A stretch of DNA of 64,000 nucleotides from positions 19,627-83,626 of the forward strand of contig CASBPX010000109.1 in the NCBI GenBank assembly GCA_949127735.1. Reading direction: 5' to 3'. Below are positions 45,987-54,308 of this stretch, one piece after another. This DNA comes from Candidatus Obscuribacterales bacterium (GTDB taxonomy: Bacteria > Cyanobacteriota > Vampirovibrionia > Obscuribacterales > Obscuribacteraceae). The position numbers and the translations under genes are program-made. Below the pieces are notes generated by a model. That model was not told the origin of the DNA. It did not search any database and saw only the letters and a program-made list of their open reading frames with translations. Positions within the stretch are counted from its first letter, which is position 1. Each line of letters opens with the position of its first letter.

Positions 45987-46760
45987 ATGGTCAAATGCAA
46001 GAGAAATATTGTCTTTGCTGTCAGCACAGTGCTGGTGCCGTTGCTTGCAAATATTTTGATTTCTGAAAGTGCGCTGGCGCAGTCGAAGCAAGCTTCTGTT
46101 GAGTCATTAATGCGACAAGCTGAGGCTTTTAGTGAGCAAGATGAATCAGAAAACGCGCTTGATGTTTACGGTAGAGTCTTAGCTCTCGATCCAAAATATT
46201 CGCGCGCTTATTACTTACGCGCTCTTTTGCTCTGGTCTAAAGGCAGTCGTGATGCGGCGGCTCGCGACCTGGAAAAATGTATGAAGCTCGAGCCTGGTGA
46301 GCAACCAGCAAGATTTTTGACCACAATTTATTTAGAGCAGAAAAAATATAAAGAGGGCCTGGTTGCCGCCACCAATTTGATCAAGATCAAAGATGGTGAC
46401 CGTAATCATGCTTTGCTAATTGAAATGCTTATAGGCTTAAAGCGCTATCAAGAAGCAATTGATCAGAGCACCATCTGCATCAAGCGCAATAGAAAGCCAG
46501 ATGCCTTACTTCGTGCACGTAGTATTTGCTATTTTGAAACCAAACAGTACGATAAAGCGCTTGCTGACTGTAATCGCTTAATTAGTTTGAAGCCGAATTT
46601 GATGAAAAGTTATGAGCTGAGAGCGAAAATTTATCAAGCCAAAGGTTTGAAGGAATTAGCGGCTAAAGATCTGAAGCATAAAACCGATGATGGCGATGAT
46701 GTATACGATGTCGCGCCTTTCCGTGGGCGTGACCGCAGCCTTGACGGTGGTAAGCAGTAA
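45987..46760 (+). CDS. Secreted TPR-repeat protein
   Basis: Signal-like N-terminus (IVFAVSTVLVPLLANILISESALA). TPR units (A..Y.RVLALDPKYSRAYY.RA). The ORF opens at TTG 45930, so the start is uncertain. Confidence 0.65.
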   Translation: MVKCKRNIVFAVSTVLVPLLANILISESALAQSKQASVESLMRQAEAFSEQDESENALDVYGRVLALDPKYSRAYYLRALLLWSKGSRDAAARDLEKCMKLEPGEQPARFLTTIYLEQKKYKEGLVAATNLIKIKDGDRNHALLIEMLIGLKRYQEAIDQSTICIKRNRKPDALLRARSICYFETKQYDKALADCNRLISLKPNLMKSYELRAKIYQAKGLKELAAKDLKHKTDDGDDVYDVAPFRGRDRSLDGGKQ

Positions 46761-46764
46761 GTAA

Positions 46765-47832
46765 TCAAACGCGCATGCGTTCTTTTTCTTTCGCTTCCTG
46801 GTGGGCCATAGCGTTGTGCTTCTCGCGCGCAATCATTGCCAGGAAGGTATGTCTGAATCTGTAAATTAACGCGATGGCAACAATAATGCTGACGATTACA
46901 GCGCAGATTGAACCTAGTGTCACTATCACCACTGCCACCAGCAATTTGTTGAGAACTGTAAGTTCGTCGCGCACCGCGCTGAGTGGTTTTGAAACAGCGT
47001 TCATAGGCGTATGAAGCGACTTAATTTCGGCACTGAGCTCGTCGAGCTGATCGTGCATTTGCACGACTTTTTCTTCTACAGTGGTCATTTTGGCGGTAAC
47101 ACTGGCAACTGAATCTTCCACGCCTGAAAGTGGCTTAGCCACAGCCATCATCGGAGCCTTCAAATCATCAAGTGGTTTTCGCAGCTGCTGCATTTGCATG
47201 GTTACTGAGCGTACATCATCGCGAATGCCTGAAACCTTTTGCAGGTCTACACGCAATTTCGATATTTCTTGCAGTTGAGTATGAATGCCTACCACTGCCG
47301 GCGAAATTTCACTGACTTTGTTCAAATCTGTAGAAAGCCTGCTCAAATTGTCATTGAGGCCGTTTAGCACGCCAGACATGTTGAAGATGCTGCTTTCAAC
47401 GCCTTGCATACGCTTTTCCATGCTGGCAAATGCCGGCTGAAGGTTATTCATTGGCTTTTGCAGGGCTACAATCTGGGTTTGCAGGTCAGACGCTTCTTTT
47501 CGCAGCTTCCAAACCGGGCGGGTAAGTCTTTTAATGGGGTGAAAACCGGTGATTGGTTTATCCCACTCTTTCATCTTCTTAGCCAGGTCTGCCGCCGCTT
47601 TGGCTTCTTTCTTCGTGGCGGTCACAGAGCCTTGAATCGGCTTGGCACCGGGAACACCTGGCGTCGCATCGTTCGAGGGTGTGACAGCTGTTGGCCCAGC
47701 TTGGGGCGCGGGGCTGGCAATCGTCGCTGATGAGGCAGTTCCTGGTTCGAGAGTCTGCGCCTGTGCTGCAGCCACCGTAAAAATCAGGGTGAGGCTGAGA
47801 ATATTGACTTTCCGGGCAAAGAACATGACCAC
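46765..47832 (-). CDS. Tail-anchored coiled-coil protein with repeated KP(L/M)-x9-11 motifs
   Basis: N-terminal signal peptide (LTLIFTVAAAQA). Long helical repeat region (QKPMNNLQP.., RKPLDDLKAPMMAVAKPLSGV.., HTPMNAVSKPLSAV..). C-terminal TM helix. Confidence 0.55.
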   Translation of the reverse strand: MVMFFARKVNILSLTLIFTVAAAQAQTLEPGTASSATIASPAPQAGPTAVTPSNDATPGVPGAKPIQGSVTATKKEAKAAADLAKKMKEWDKPITGFHPIKRLTRPVWKLRKEASDLQTQIVALQKPMNNLQPAFASMEKRMQGVESSIFNMSGVLNGLNDNLSRLSTDLNKVSEISPAVVGIHTQLQEISKLRVDLQKVSGIRDDVRSVTMQMQQLRKPLDDLKAPMMAVAKPLSGVEDSVASVTAKMTTVEEKVVQMHDQLDELSAEIKSLHTPMNAVSKPLSAVRDELTVLNKLLVAVVIVTLGSICAVIVSIIVAIALIYRFRHTFLAMIAREKHNAMAHQEAKEKERMRV

Positions 47833-48016
47833 CTCGAACCCCTACCGTTTAATCTTATCCTGATTAAACACCGGCAGCCTAGAATTTAGGACTATTAATG
47901 GCAGATCACAAGCCTTTTTTAACCTCCGCCGTGTCTGTTTATTGCTGCAGGGCCCAGAGCTGACGACTTAATGTGAAGGGGTAAGATAATTATCGTCTTT
48001 TCAAAGAGGAGCAAAA

Positions 48017-48932
48017 TTGTCCAGGGGTCATGCAAATGTGCTAGCTGTCTGCTTAGCTGCTCTGCTGCCTGCCGTGGGCCGTGCGGTGCTGGCCCAAGCC
48101 CCGGAAGATCCGTGTGAAGTACTTTCAATTATCAAATTGTCGCAGGCTGGTCTTAAAATCTGGTCACCTGATGGGCAGAATTATATTCTCAATTAGAAAG
48201 ATAAAAATAACGACTATCAAATTTATGTGGGCACCGGTGGTGATGCCGAACCACAATGCATAACCCGCAAAAATTTGACTGGCGGCCCTGCGGCTAATCG
48301 CAATAAAATGCAAGTCAATTGGCACCCATCAGGCAAGTGGATTATTTTTGCCGGCGAGCGCTCACACTATCCTGAAATGTGGCTGCCTAAGCGCCTTTGC
48401 CAGGGGTGGTTAGAATGCGGCATCTGGATGGATATTTATGCTGTCACACCTGACGGAAGTCGTTGCTGCAAACTCGCTACACCTAAAGGCGGATTTACTG
48501 GCGTTGCCTTTACCGCGGATGGTCAGCGCGGAGTGTGGGCAGAAGCCATTGGAATGGTACCAAAGGCGGTGTTCGGAAGAGTGGGATGAGCACGGCGTTT
48601 TCTCCCCCGATGGCGAAAAGTTATTTCTAATGAGTTCTCATGCCTACCGTGACAAACCTAATTCATATAAAATTTTTGGTTTAAAAACAGAGTTTATGCT
48701 GATCAATCGTGATGGCTCAGATTTTCGCCAGGTTACCCATTTTAATACGCCAGGATTTTCTGAGTCGTACAAAGCCGGAGTTACACCAGCGGTAGGTATA
48801 TGGAGCAAAGATGGTCGCGAGATTGATGCCCTGGTGCCTATGAGCGGAGCTAGTTATCCAGATTATGATGTATGGAAGATTGTCTTTCGTGGCAATTGTG
48901 GATGTGGTGGTAAAAAAAACGCGACTGATTAA
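48017..48932 (+). pseudogene. PD40/TolB-like beta-propeller protein with an in-frame TAG and a frameshift
   Basis: GAGGAG RBS, TTG at 48017, signal peptide (VLAVCLAALLPAVGRAVLAQA). TAG at 48194-48196 is in frame with ORF 48227-48589. A frame change around 48540-48590 leads into ORF 48438-48932. Repeats IWSPDG, VTPDG, FTADG, FSPDG, NRDG, WSKDG. Confidence 0.7.
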
Positions 48933-49003
48933 TGGTGTTTGGGTACAGGCATAATGTTATCCTTTTATGGTGGATGTGCGGCGGTGAAGCAAGGAGAAAT
49001 TGC

Positions 49004-49240
49004 ATGAATGAACCAATGATCGCCGGAATATTTCTGGGCTTAATGGGCTGCTTTTCTATTGCTGGCGGAATCTTCAACTGGAACTGGTACATGAACAGCC
49101 GACGCGCGGCATTCCTGGTTAAAATTATGGGCCGCAATGGCGCCAGAGTATTTTATATTCTCCTTGGCGCCGCAATTTTAGCTTTTGCCATCTACGGTCA
49201 ATTCCACCCCGAAATTATGCATCACCGACGGGGCTTGTAG
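49004..49240 (+). CDS. Small two-TM protein, possibly Imm17-like
   Basis: AAGGAG RBS. MNEPMIAGIFLGLMGCFSIAGGIFNWNWYMNSRRAAFLVKIMGRNGARVFYILLGAAILAFAIYG resembles, from memory, the NW.WF..R.A..GR.GAR.FY pattern of immunity-17 family proteins. Confidence 0.45.
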   Translation: MNEPMIAGIFLGLMGCFSIAGGIFNWNWYMNSRRAAFLVKIMGRNGARVFYILLGAAILAFAIYGQFHPEIMHHRRGL

Positions 49241-49277
49241 TGTGCGATAACTGATCAACCGCAAGGTTGCTTTCGTA

Positions 49278-50501
49278 ATGAGAGAGTTGTCACAGGAAGC
49301 ATTGATGATCGCCACCGAGCAATTAGAGAGTTTGATCAAGGCGTCGCATGAGCTTGATGTTTATGAGCGTTTTTGCAATATCGCCCCTCTTCCTGCCAGC
49401 CTCCTGTTGAGTGCGGCACGGGCAAGCATGATTACTGCTGATGCTAAAGCACCTTGTCTTGATACACTGCAAGTCAGTCTCTGGTGTCAAGTATGCTCCA
49501 CAGATAATTCCACTGCCGATATTCTTGCCATTCAGAATATGACTTACAACACTGTGAGTCAGATGTGTTTAGATGCATTGAAAATGGCTCACACTTGGAT
49601 TTCTCGTGATATTCGCTGTGGTCAGTGTAAAACTGCTCTAATCGCACTGGTTGATTTTCATCACCTCGATAAGCCCTCAAAAAGTGATATCGTCGTGAGA
49701 TGGTTTCGTTCGCCGGCAAGCGGTAGTTCGGCCTACCAAATACTCACCATGAGTGGTGCCGGAGAATATGCTGAAGCTAATCCGACGATGGTACTGGCTG
49801 GCGTTGAGGCGATTCCTCGAGCTATCGAAATTGCGCTGGCCGAAAGTTTGCGCGCTCATGACCTTGATAATACCGCTAAAATTTTGAAGATAGCTTTACG
49901 AGAAGCACCACAACTTCTCTGCCTAGTTTCAGTGGCAGCTTTGTTTATAGATAAGTCGGAGCTGCGAGGTGTGGTCGAGGCGGCCGCAGAAGCGCATATA
50001 AATTCGTATCCTAATGATTTTCGCGGTCATAGTCTGATGGCACGCGTTTTGATGCATGCCTTTGTTGAAACTAACGGTACCGAAAAAGCACTGCTGGACG
50101 AGTCATATTCCTATGCAGTCAATACATTGAAATTGAACGCAAATGATTTCAGTGCCGAGGCAATTTTGTTTAATTGCATGCGGCTTTCAGGTGAAGGGGC
50201 CGATGAAATCGCTCCGGCCTTCAACCGCCTGGTGGCAAATCATCCTAAACGAGCAGAACCTTATTATGATTATGCAATTTATCTGTTTGACACTAATGCA
50301 CAAGAGGCAGAAACTTTATTTGAACGCGGTGCCGAACTTGAAGCAGCCGATCCTGATTACCTAGTGGGGCAAGCTCGCGCTTTAATGGCTCTCAATCGTG
50401 AGGTCGAAGCGCAGACCCTTTTGGTGCGGGCGAAGCAGATTCAATCTACCCATCCGCTGATTGCCCAGCTGCTAGCAAAAAATGGACCTCTGGGTTCTTA
50501 G
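49278..50501 (+). CDS. Hypothetical protein with TPR-like C-terminus
   Basis: 407-aa ORF. Cys pairs (CQVC, CGQC) in the N-terminal half and a helical-repeat C-terminal half. Confidence 0.5.
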   Translation: MRELSQEALMIATEQLESLIKASHELDVYERFCNIAPLPASLLLSAARASMITADAKAPCLDTLQVSLWCQVCSTDNSTADILAIQNMTYNTVSQMCLDALKMAHTWISRDIRCGQCKTALIALVDFHHLDKPSKSDIVVRWFRSPASGSSAYQILTMSGAGEYAEANPTMVLAGVEAIPRAIEIALAESLRAHDLDNTAKILKIALREAPQLLCLVSVAALFIDKSELRGVVEAAAEAHINSYPNDFRGHSLMARVLMHAFVETNGTEKALLDESYSYAVNTLKLNANDFSAEAILFNCMRLSGEGADEIAPAFNRLVANHPKRAEPYYDYAIYLFDTNAQEAETLFERGAELEAADPDYLVGQARALMALNREVEAQTLLVRAKQIQSTHPLIAQLLAKNGPLGS

Positions 50502-50711
50502 TTTTTACGCTTGAGCTTTGCATTTCTTTTGTAAAGAAACCCGGCTGCCGCATTTGCACATATAAAACTAAAGCCTGACCGCTCTTTTGCATACTTCACG
50601 ACGTTTTCACATTGGACTCACAAATAATTCACGATGGGTGATTAGAGTTGTGGCATTGAGATTGTTCGAGGCACGAATGCCTCCAGGCCATTTGCATACA
50701 CCAATGGAGTT

Positions 50712-52046
50712 ATGATCGTGTTCAACAAAATTCAAACAGCGCAAATGTTCACACGCAGTTTACTTGGACTCTTTGTAGTCGTTGCTGCTGGTCTAGCGCT
50801 ACCGACAGACGCTAGCGCTCGCGCTCTGTATGTATCACCTTCGGGAGACGGTACAACTGGTCAGAATTGGAAGACTGCATGGAAAGACCCTGCTCAGATT
50901 GATTGGAAAGTGGTGGCAGCAGGAGATCAAATTTTGATTGACGGTGGCACAGCTGGTATCACCTACACTACTTCATTTACAGTTCCTGTGAGCAATATTG
51001 TCATCAGACAAGCGTCGGGGGCCGCACATAACGGCACTGTCACTTTTACTGGATTCACCGGCCAATCAGCAGTACCATATGGCATAAAGTTTGTCGGTTC
51101 CAATGTTCATTTGGTAGCCAACAAGCGCGCAGGTATCAAATTGACGCGCTACGGGGCTCAGTGCCTGGATATTCAATCTAGCTACAATTCAGTTCGTAAT
51201 GTAGAAATGTCTTACATCATGGGCTTCCCACCTTACCTTGGGGGCCGTGTCGGTGGTGTCACATTTGGTGGTGCCAATAATCATTTTATTGGCTGTGATT
51301 TTCGTGACTGCACAGTTGGTGCAGTAGAGAGACCGCTGCCAGGCGTAGCTAACAGTACAGTATTCAATAACTGTACATTTGGTGCCAATGGTTATGGTTT
51401 CTTCGGCAATTGCGGAGCCGGCATTGTCGGCGCCAAAACAGTTGGTGGACCTGCGACAACCATTTTTGCCAATAAGTGTGTTTTTGGCCCTTATGTTGAC
51501 TATGGCGTCGACGTGGCCAACGGCACAACACGGCTGAGCAATAGCCTATTTCTCGCTGCGCGAGTTTCTAATATTAAAGCGGCACCGCCAGCGGGCTCTT
51601 CCGCAACTGTTACTGCCGTTAATTGCACGCTGTACGAGAAACGCTTAGATCCTCTCCAGCAGAGCGCATTTATAGTGCCCGGCTACACGATTAGCGTCAA
51701 TGCTAATGCCAAACTGAAAGTTAAAGATTCAATTGTTTGGGGCGGATTCGTTGATGTGCCGGCCACACAAGTAATTACAGGTGGTGGCAATGTGCAATTT
51801 GCCGTCAGTGGAAACACCATGGCGCTGGCACCAAGTATGGTGGATCCAAATTTTGTTGATACTGCAACGCTGTCTGCTATGCAGGCGAAATCTCAGTTTA
51901 TTCCACGCACATTAACAAGCGCCAACTTCTCGCCTGCTCTCGGTAGCCCTGCCACAGGCAAAGGATCGCCCTTTGTACGAGTGTCGGATCTGGTTGCGCC
52001 TTATGGCCCCACCAGTGGATTGCCGAGTGCTATTGGTGGGCCGTAA
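50712..52046 (+). CDS. Secreted right-handed parallel beta-helix repeat protein
   Basis: Signal peptide (LLGLFVVVAAGLALPTDASA). LYVSPSGDGTTGQNWKTAW...AAGDQILIDGG opening typical of pectate-lyase-fold proteins. Repetitive G/N/V-rich turns. Confidence 0.55.
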   Translation: MIVFNKIQTAQMFTRSLLGLFVVVAAGLALPTDASARALYVSPSGDGTTGQNWKTAWKDPAQIDWKVVAAGDQILIDGGTAGITYTTSFTVPVSNIVIRQASGAAHNGTVTFTGFTGQSAVPYGIKFVGSNVHLVANKRAGIKLTRYGAQCLDIQSSYNSVRNVEMSYIMGFPPYLGGRVGGVTFGGANNHFIGCDFRDCTVGAVERPLPGVANSTVFNNCTFGANGYGFFGNCGAGIVGAKTVGGPATTIFANKCVFGPYVDYGVDVANGTTRLSNSLFLAARVSNIKAAPPAGSSATVTAVNCTLYEKRLDPLQQSAFIVPGYTISVNANAKLKVKDSIVWGGFVDVPATQVITGGGNVQFAVSGNTMALAPSMVDPNFVDTATLSAMQAKSQFIPRTLTSANFSPALGSPATGKGSPFVRVSDLVAPYGPTSGLPSAIGGP

Positions 52047-52092
52047 GGCTAAAGACTTGAAGCACTCCTCTCAGTCGATTTCAGTGGGATTC

Positions 52093-52741
52093 CTACTCGT
52101 GGGAACACTTTATTGCACTGATATTGGCTTTTGGGGGGCTAGGATTTTGGCTTATATTTTTTTCGATGGCGGCAGAAATGTCTTCTAAAGGAAGGAGGCT
52201 CAAATTTTCGTTATCGAATGGATTTTGCAGCTCGACGCCTAACTGATCGAGCGCAAAAAGTGGATATGCCACCAGCATGGTCATGCCGAGTTTTGCAGCC
52301 ACAGCCATGGGCATATGCCCGGTTGTTGCCAGCCGATTGGTTTCGTCGTCTCCGAGTAAACGAAAAATCGGCGCAGATGGTTTTTCTCCGCGCAATTTTG
52401 CCATGCAGCAATAAGGAAGTATGGCAATCCAGGCTAGAAAATCAGCCAATTTGCGCGCTTCCCACCAACGCTCATAGCCACCGTTGGTTCGGAGAACCAG
52501 CAAAAGACCTAGAGCAGCACCAATGAGTTCGTAGGGCGCTACAGTCGTCTGATTTGGATGTTGGCGTAGCGCAAAAGCACCCAGGCAATCAGGCAAGTGA
52601 TTGCTGCAAAATGCCCATGATGCACACATTGGGAAGCACATGCGGTGTGATGGAGCCGTGTATGGCAAAGGCATCTCACCAGAACATTCCGGCACGCCCG
52701 AACTGAATTTCAAGCGCTGAGTGCTTGCTGCTATTGGTCAT
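52093..52741 (-). pseudogene. Bestrophin/UPF0187-family anion-channel remnant
   Basis: Family motifs LRTNGGYERWWEARKL and LDQLGVELQNPFDNENLSLLPLEDISAAIE in ORF 52093-52713. The N-terminus (MTNSSKHSALEIQFGRAGMFW*DAFAIHGSITPHVLP...) is in another frame. It starts at an ATG that overlaps the Hsp20 stop (ATGA, 52738-52741) and carries a TGA at 52676-52678. The middle third of the family is missing. Confidence 0.6.
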
Positions 52742-53304
52742 TCATTAAGCCGCTTCGGCAACGAGACAGTAAGGACGCCATCTTTGAGGGTCGCTTTTAC
52801 TTTATCGCCGTCGACTTTGCATGGCAGTTGTACTGTGCGAACAAAAGATTGGCTCACTTTGGAAAATGACTTTTCATCACCTTTTTCTTGCTTCTTTTCA
52901 CCCTTGATGGTGACAATATCTTTGCCGACTTGAACATCTACATCTTTTTCTGTTAGCCCTGGCAATTGAGCTACGATTTGCAGTTCTTTAGCATCATCTA
53001 CGGTTTTCACCGCCGGTACGTCAATCGGTAGACTGACAAAATCTGGCAATGCCAGCGGCGCAATGGCCAGGTTTACCGGCATAAACATGGGGTCTAGAAA
53101 AATACTCCACAAGTCAGGCGCGACTAATCGATTAGATATAATTGCTGCGGTGTGTAGTTTGTGCACCGGCACATCTTTTGCAATCTCATCTGCCCTGGCC
53201 GAATTTTGTTTGTCGAATAGTTCTTTGCTGGCAAATCCACCGGCAAAGCCAGTCAAAAGAGTCAGCGTTAAACAACTAATTGCTTTTACTTTTAGCTTGT
53301 CCAT
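52738..53304 (-). CDS. Hsp20/alpha-crystallin protein with N-terminal signal/anchor helix
   Basis: AGGAGG RBS before the ATG at 53304. N-terminus MDKLKVKAISCLTLTLLTGFAGGFA. ACD: LQIVAQLPGLTEKDVDVQV..DIVTIKGEKK...F.R.VQLP..VDGDKVKATLKDGVLTVSLPK. Confidence 0.8.
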   Translation of the reverse strand: MDKLKVKAISCLTLTLLTGFAGGFASKELFDKQNSARADEIAKDVPVHKLHTAAIISNRLVAPDLWSIFLDPMFMPVNLAIAPLALPDFVSLPIDVPAVKTVDDAKELQIVAQLPGLTEKDVDVQVGKDIVTIKGEKKQEKGDEKSFSKVSQSFVRTVQLPCKVDGDKVKATLKDGVLTVSLPKRLNE

Positions 53305-53383
53305 TGCGGTACCTCCTTGTTGCTTCTTTTTTCGTCGAAGTGAGCCCCGGCTGCCCGAGGCTCCTTCGAAGCGTGTGGTGATT

Positions 53384-53788
53384 TTATTCAGACTTAACGG
53401 TAATTTTCCTTGCCATCGATTTTGGCGACTTCGGCAAAACGAGCTTAAGCACGCCATTTTTCACGGTAGCTTCAATGCCGTCTCTATCAATTTCTTCAGT
53501 GAGGGCAAATATGCGGCGGTAATTACCTTCTGGACACTCGGAGTGAACAAGGCGAAGTCCAGCTTCCATTTCTGATGGAGTGAAGCCCTGAATTGTCAGG
53601 ACATTTTTCTCTAGAGTGATATCAATCGACTGTTCATCGACACCCGGCATGTCTGCCAGGATGAGGATGTGTTCTTTGGTCTCGTAAATGTCTGCAAGTG
53701 GCGTGAATACTCGCCTGTTGCGGACAGGTTCGCCAATTTGATTAGTAGAAATTTCTTCTTTTTTCCGTTCAGCAATAGCACTACTCAT
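53384..53788 (-). CDS. Hsp20/alpha-crystallin small heat-shock protein
   Basis: ADIYETKEHILILADMPGVDEQSIDITLEKNVLTIQG...YRRIFALTEEIDRDGIEATVKNGVLKLVLPK. Confidence 0.88.
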   Translation of the reverse strand: MSSAIAERKKEEISTNQIGEPVRNRRVFTPLADIYETKEHILILADMPGVDEQSIDITLEKNVLTIQGFTPSEMEAGLRLVHSECPEGNYRRIFALTEEIDRDGIEATVKNGVLKLVLPKSPKSMARKITVKSE

Positions 53789-53832
53789 GATTGAAACCTC
53801 CTTTTAAATTCTTTCTGACTTACGATAGTGAC

Positions 53833-54267
53833 TTACGATGCATGAACTGTAATTTTCTTCGGAAGGTCAGCCGATGCGCGATTAAACTCGACGCGGAGCA
53901 TGCCGTTAGAGAATGAGGCATTTACTTTCTCTGCATCGATTGCGTAAGGCAATTCAATTGATCTTGTAAATTGACCGTGCCCGCGTTCACGGCGGTGCAC
54001 TGTTTGCCCTTCGTGTGGCTCTAAGAGTTCACGCCTGGTTTTTAAAGTCACCGTCTGATTGCAAACTGCAAGGTCAATATCGTCTGGCTCAATGCCAGGT
54101 ACTTCGCTAACTACAACGATATTTTTTTCTGAGACCCAAACATTGATAGGCGGAAATTCAGTATTTCTTGTTTCCTGGACATCGTTGATGAGCCTGCTTA
54201 GGCGTTCTTGCAGAATGTTCATTTGTGTTGCCCTGTCAAATGGTGATGCAAGTTCCTGGAAGAACAT
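53833..54267 (-). CDS. Hsp20/alpha-crystallin small heat-shock protein
   Basis: PPINVWVSEKNIVVVSEVPGIEPDDIDLAV..QTVTLK...F.RSIELPYAIDAEKVNASFSNGMLRVEF. First gene of the three-gene operon. Confidence 0.88.
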   Translation of the reverse strand: MFFQELASPFDRATQMNILQERLSRLINDVQETRNTEFPPINVWVSEKNIVVVSEVPGIEPDDIDLAVCNQTVTLKTRRELLEPHEGQTVHRRERGHGQFTRSIELPYAIDAEKVNASFSNGMLRVEFNRASADLPKKITVHAS

Positions 54268-54292
54268 AAGTTACCCTCCTTCTATTGCTGGA

Positions 54293-54308
54293 AAAAATTC
54301 GAATTTTT
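54293..54308 (-). promoter_or_regulatory. Perfect 16-bp palindrome AAAAATTCGAATTTTT in the leader of the Hsp20 operon
   Basis: Lies 26-41 nt upstream of the start codon, and its U-run is adjacent to the GAAGGAGGG Shine-Dalgarno. Could be an operator or RNA structure; function not established. Confidence 0.5.

Noticed and set aside
34617-52741. Stop-codon reassignment or an alternative genetic code as an explanation for the in-frame TAA, TAG and TGA
   Set aside because: All three codons also terminate well-supported full-length genes in the window: TAA in tex and osmC, TAG in glnS, TGA in the response regulator and Hsp20. Two of the affected genes additionally carry frameshifts. Ordinary lesions or sequencing errors fit better.
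53063-53575. 170-aa plus-strand ORF
   Set aside because: It is antisense to two Hsp20 genes that have clear alpha-crystallin domains and strong RBSs. It has no motif of its own.
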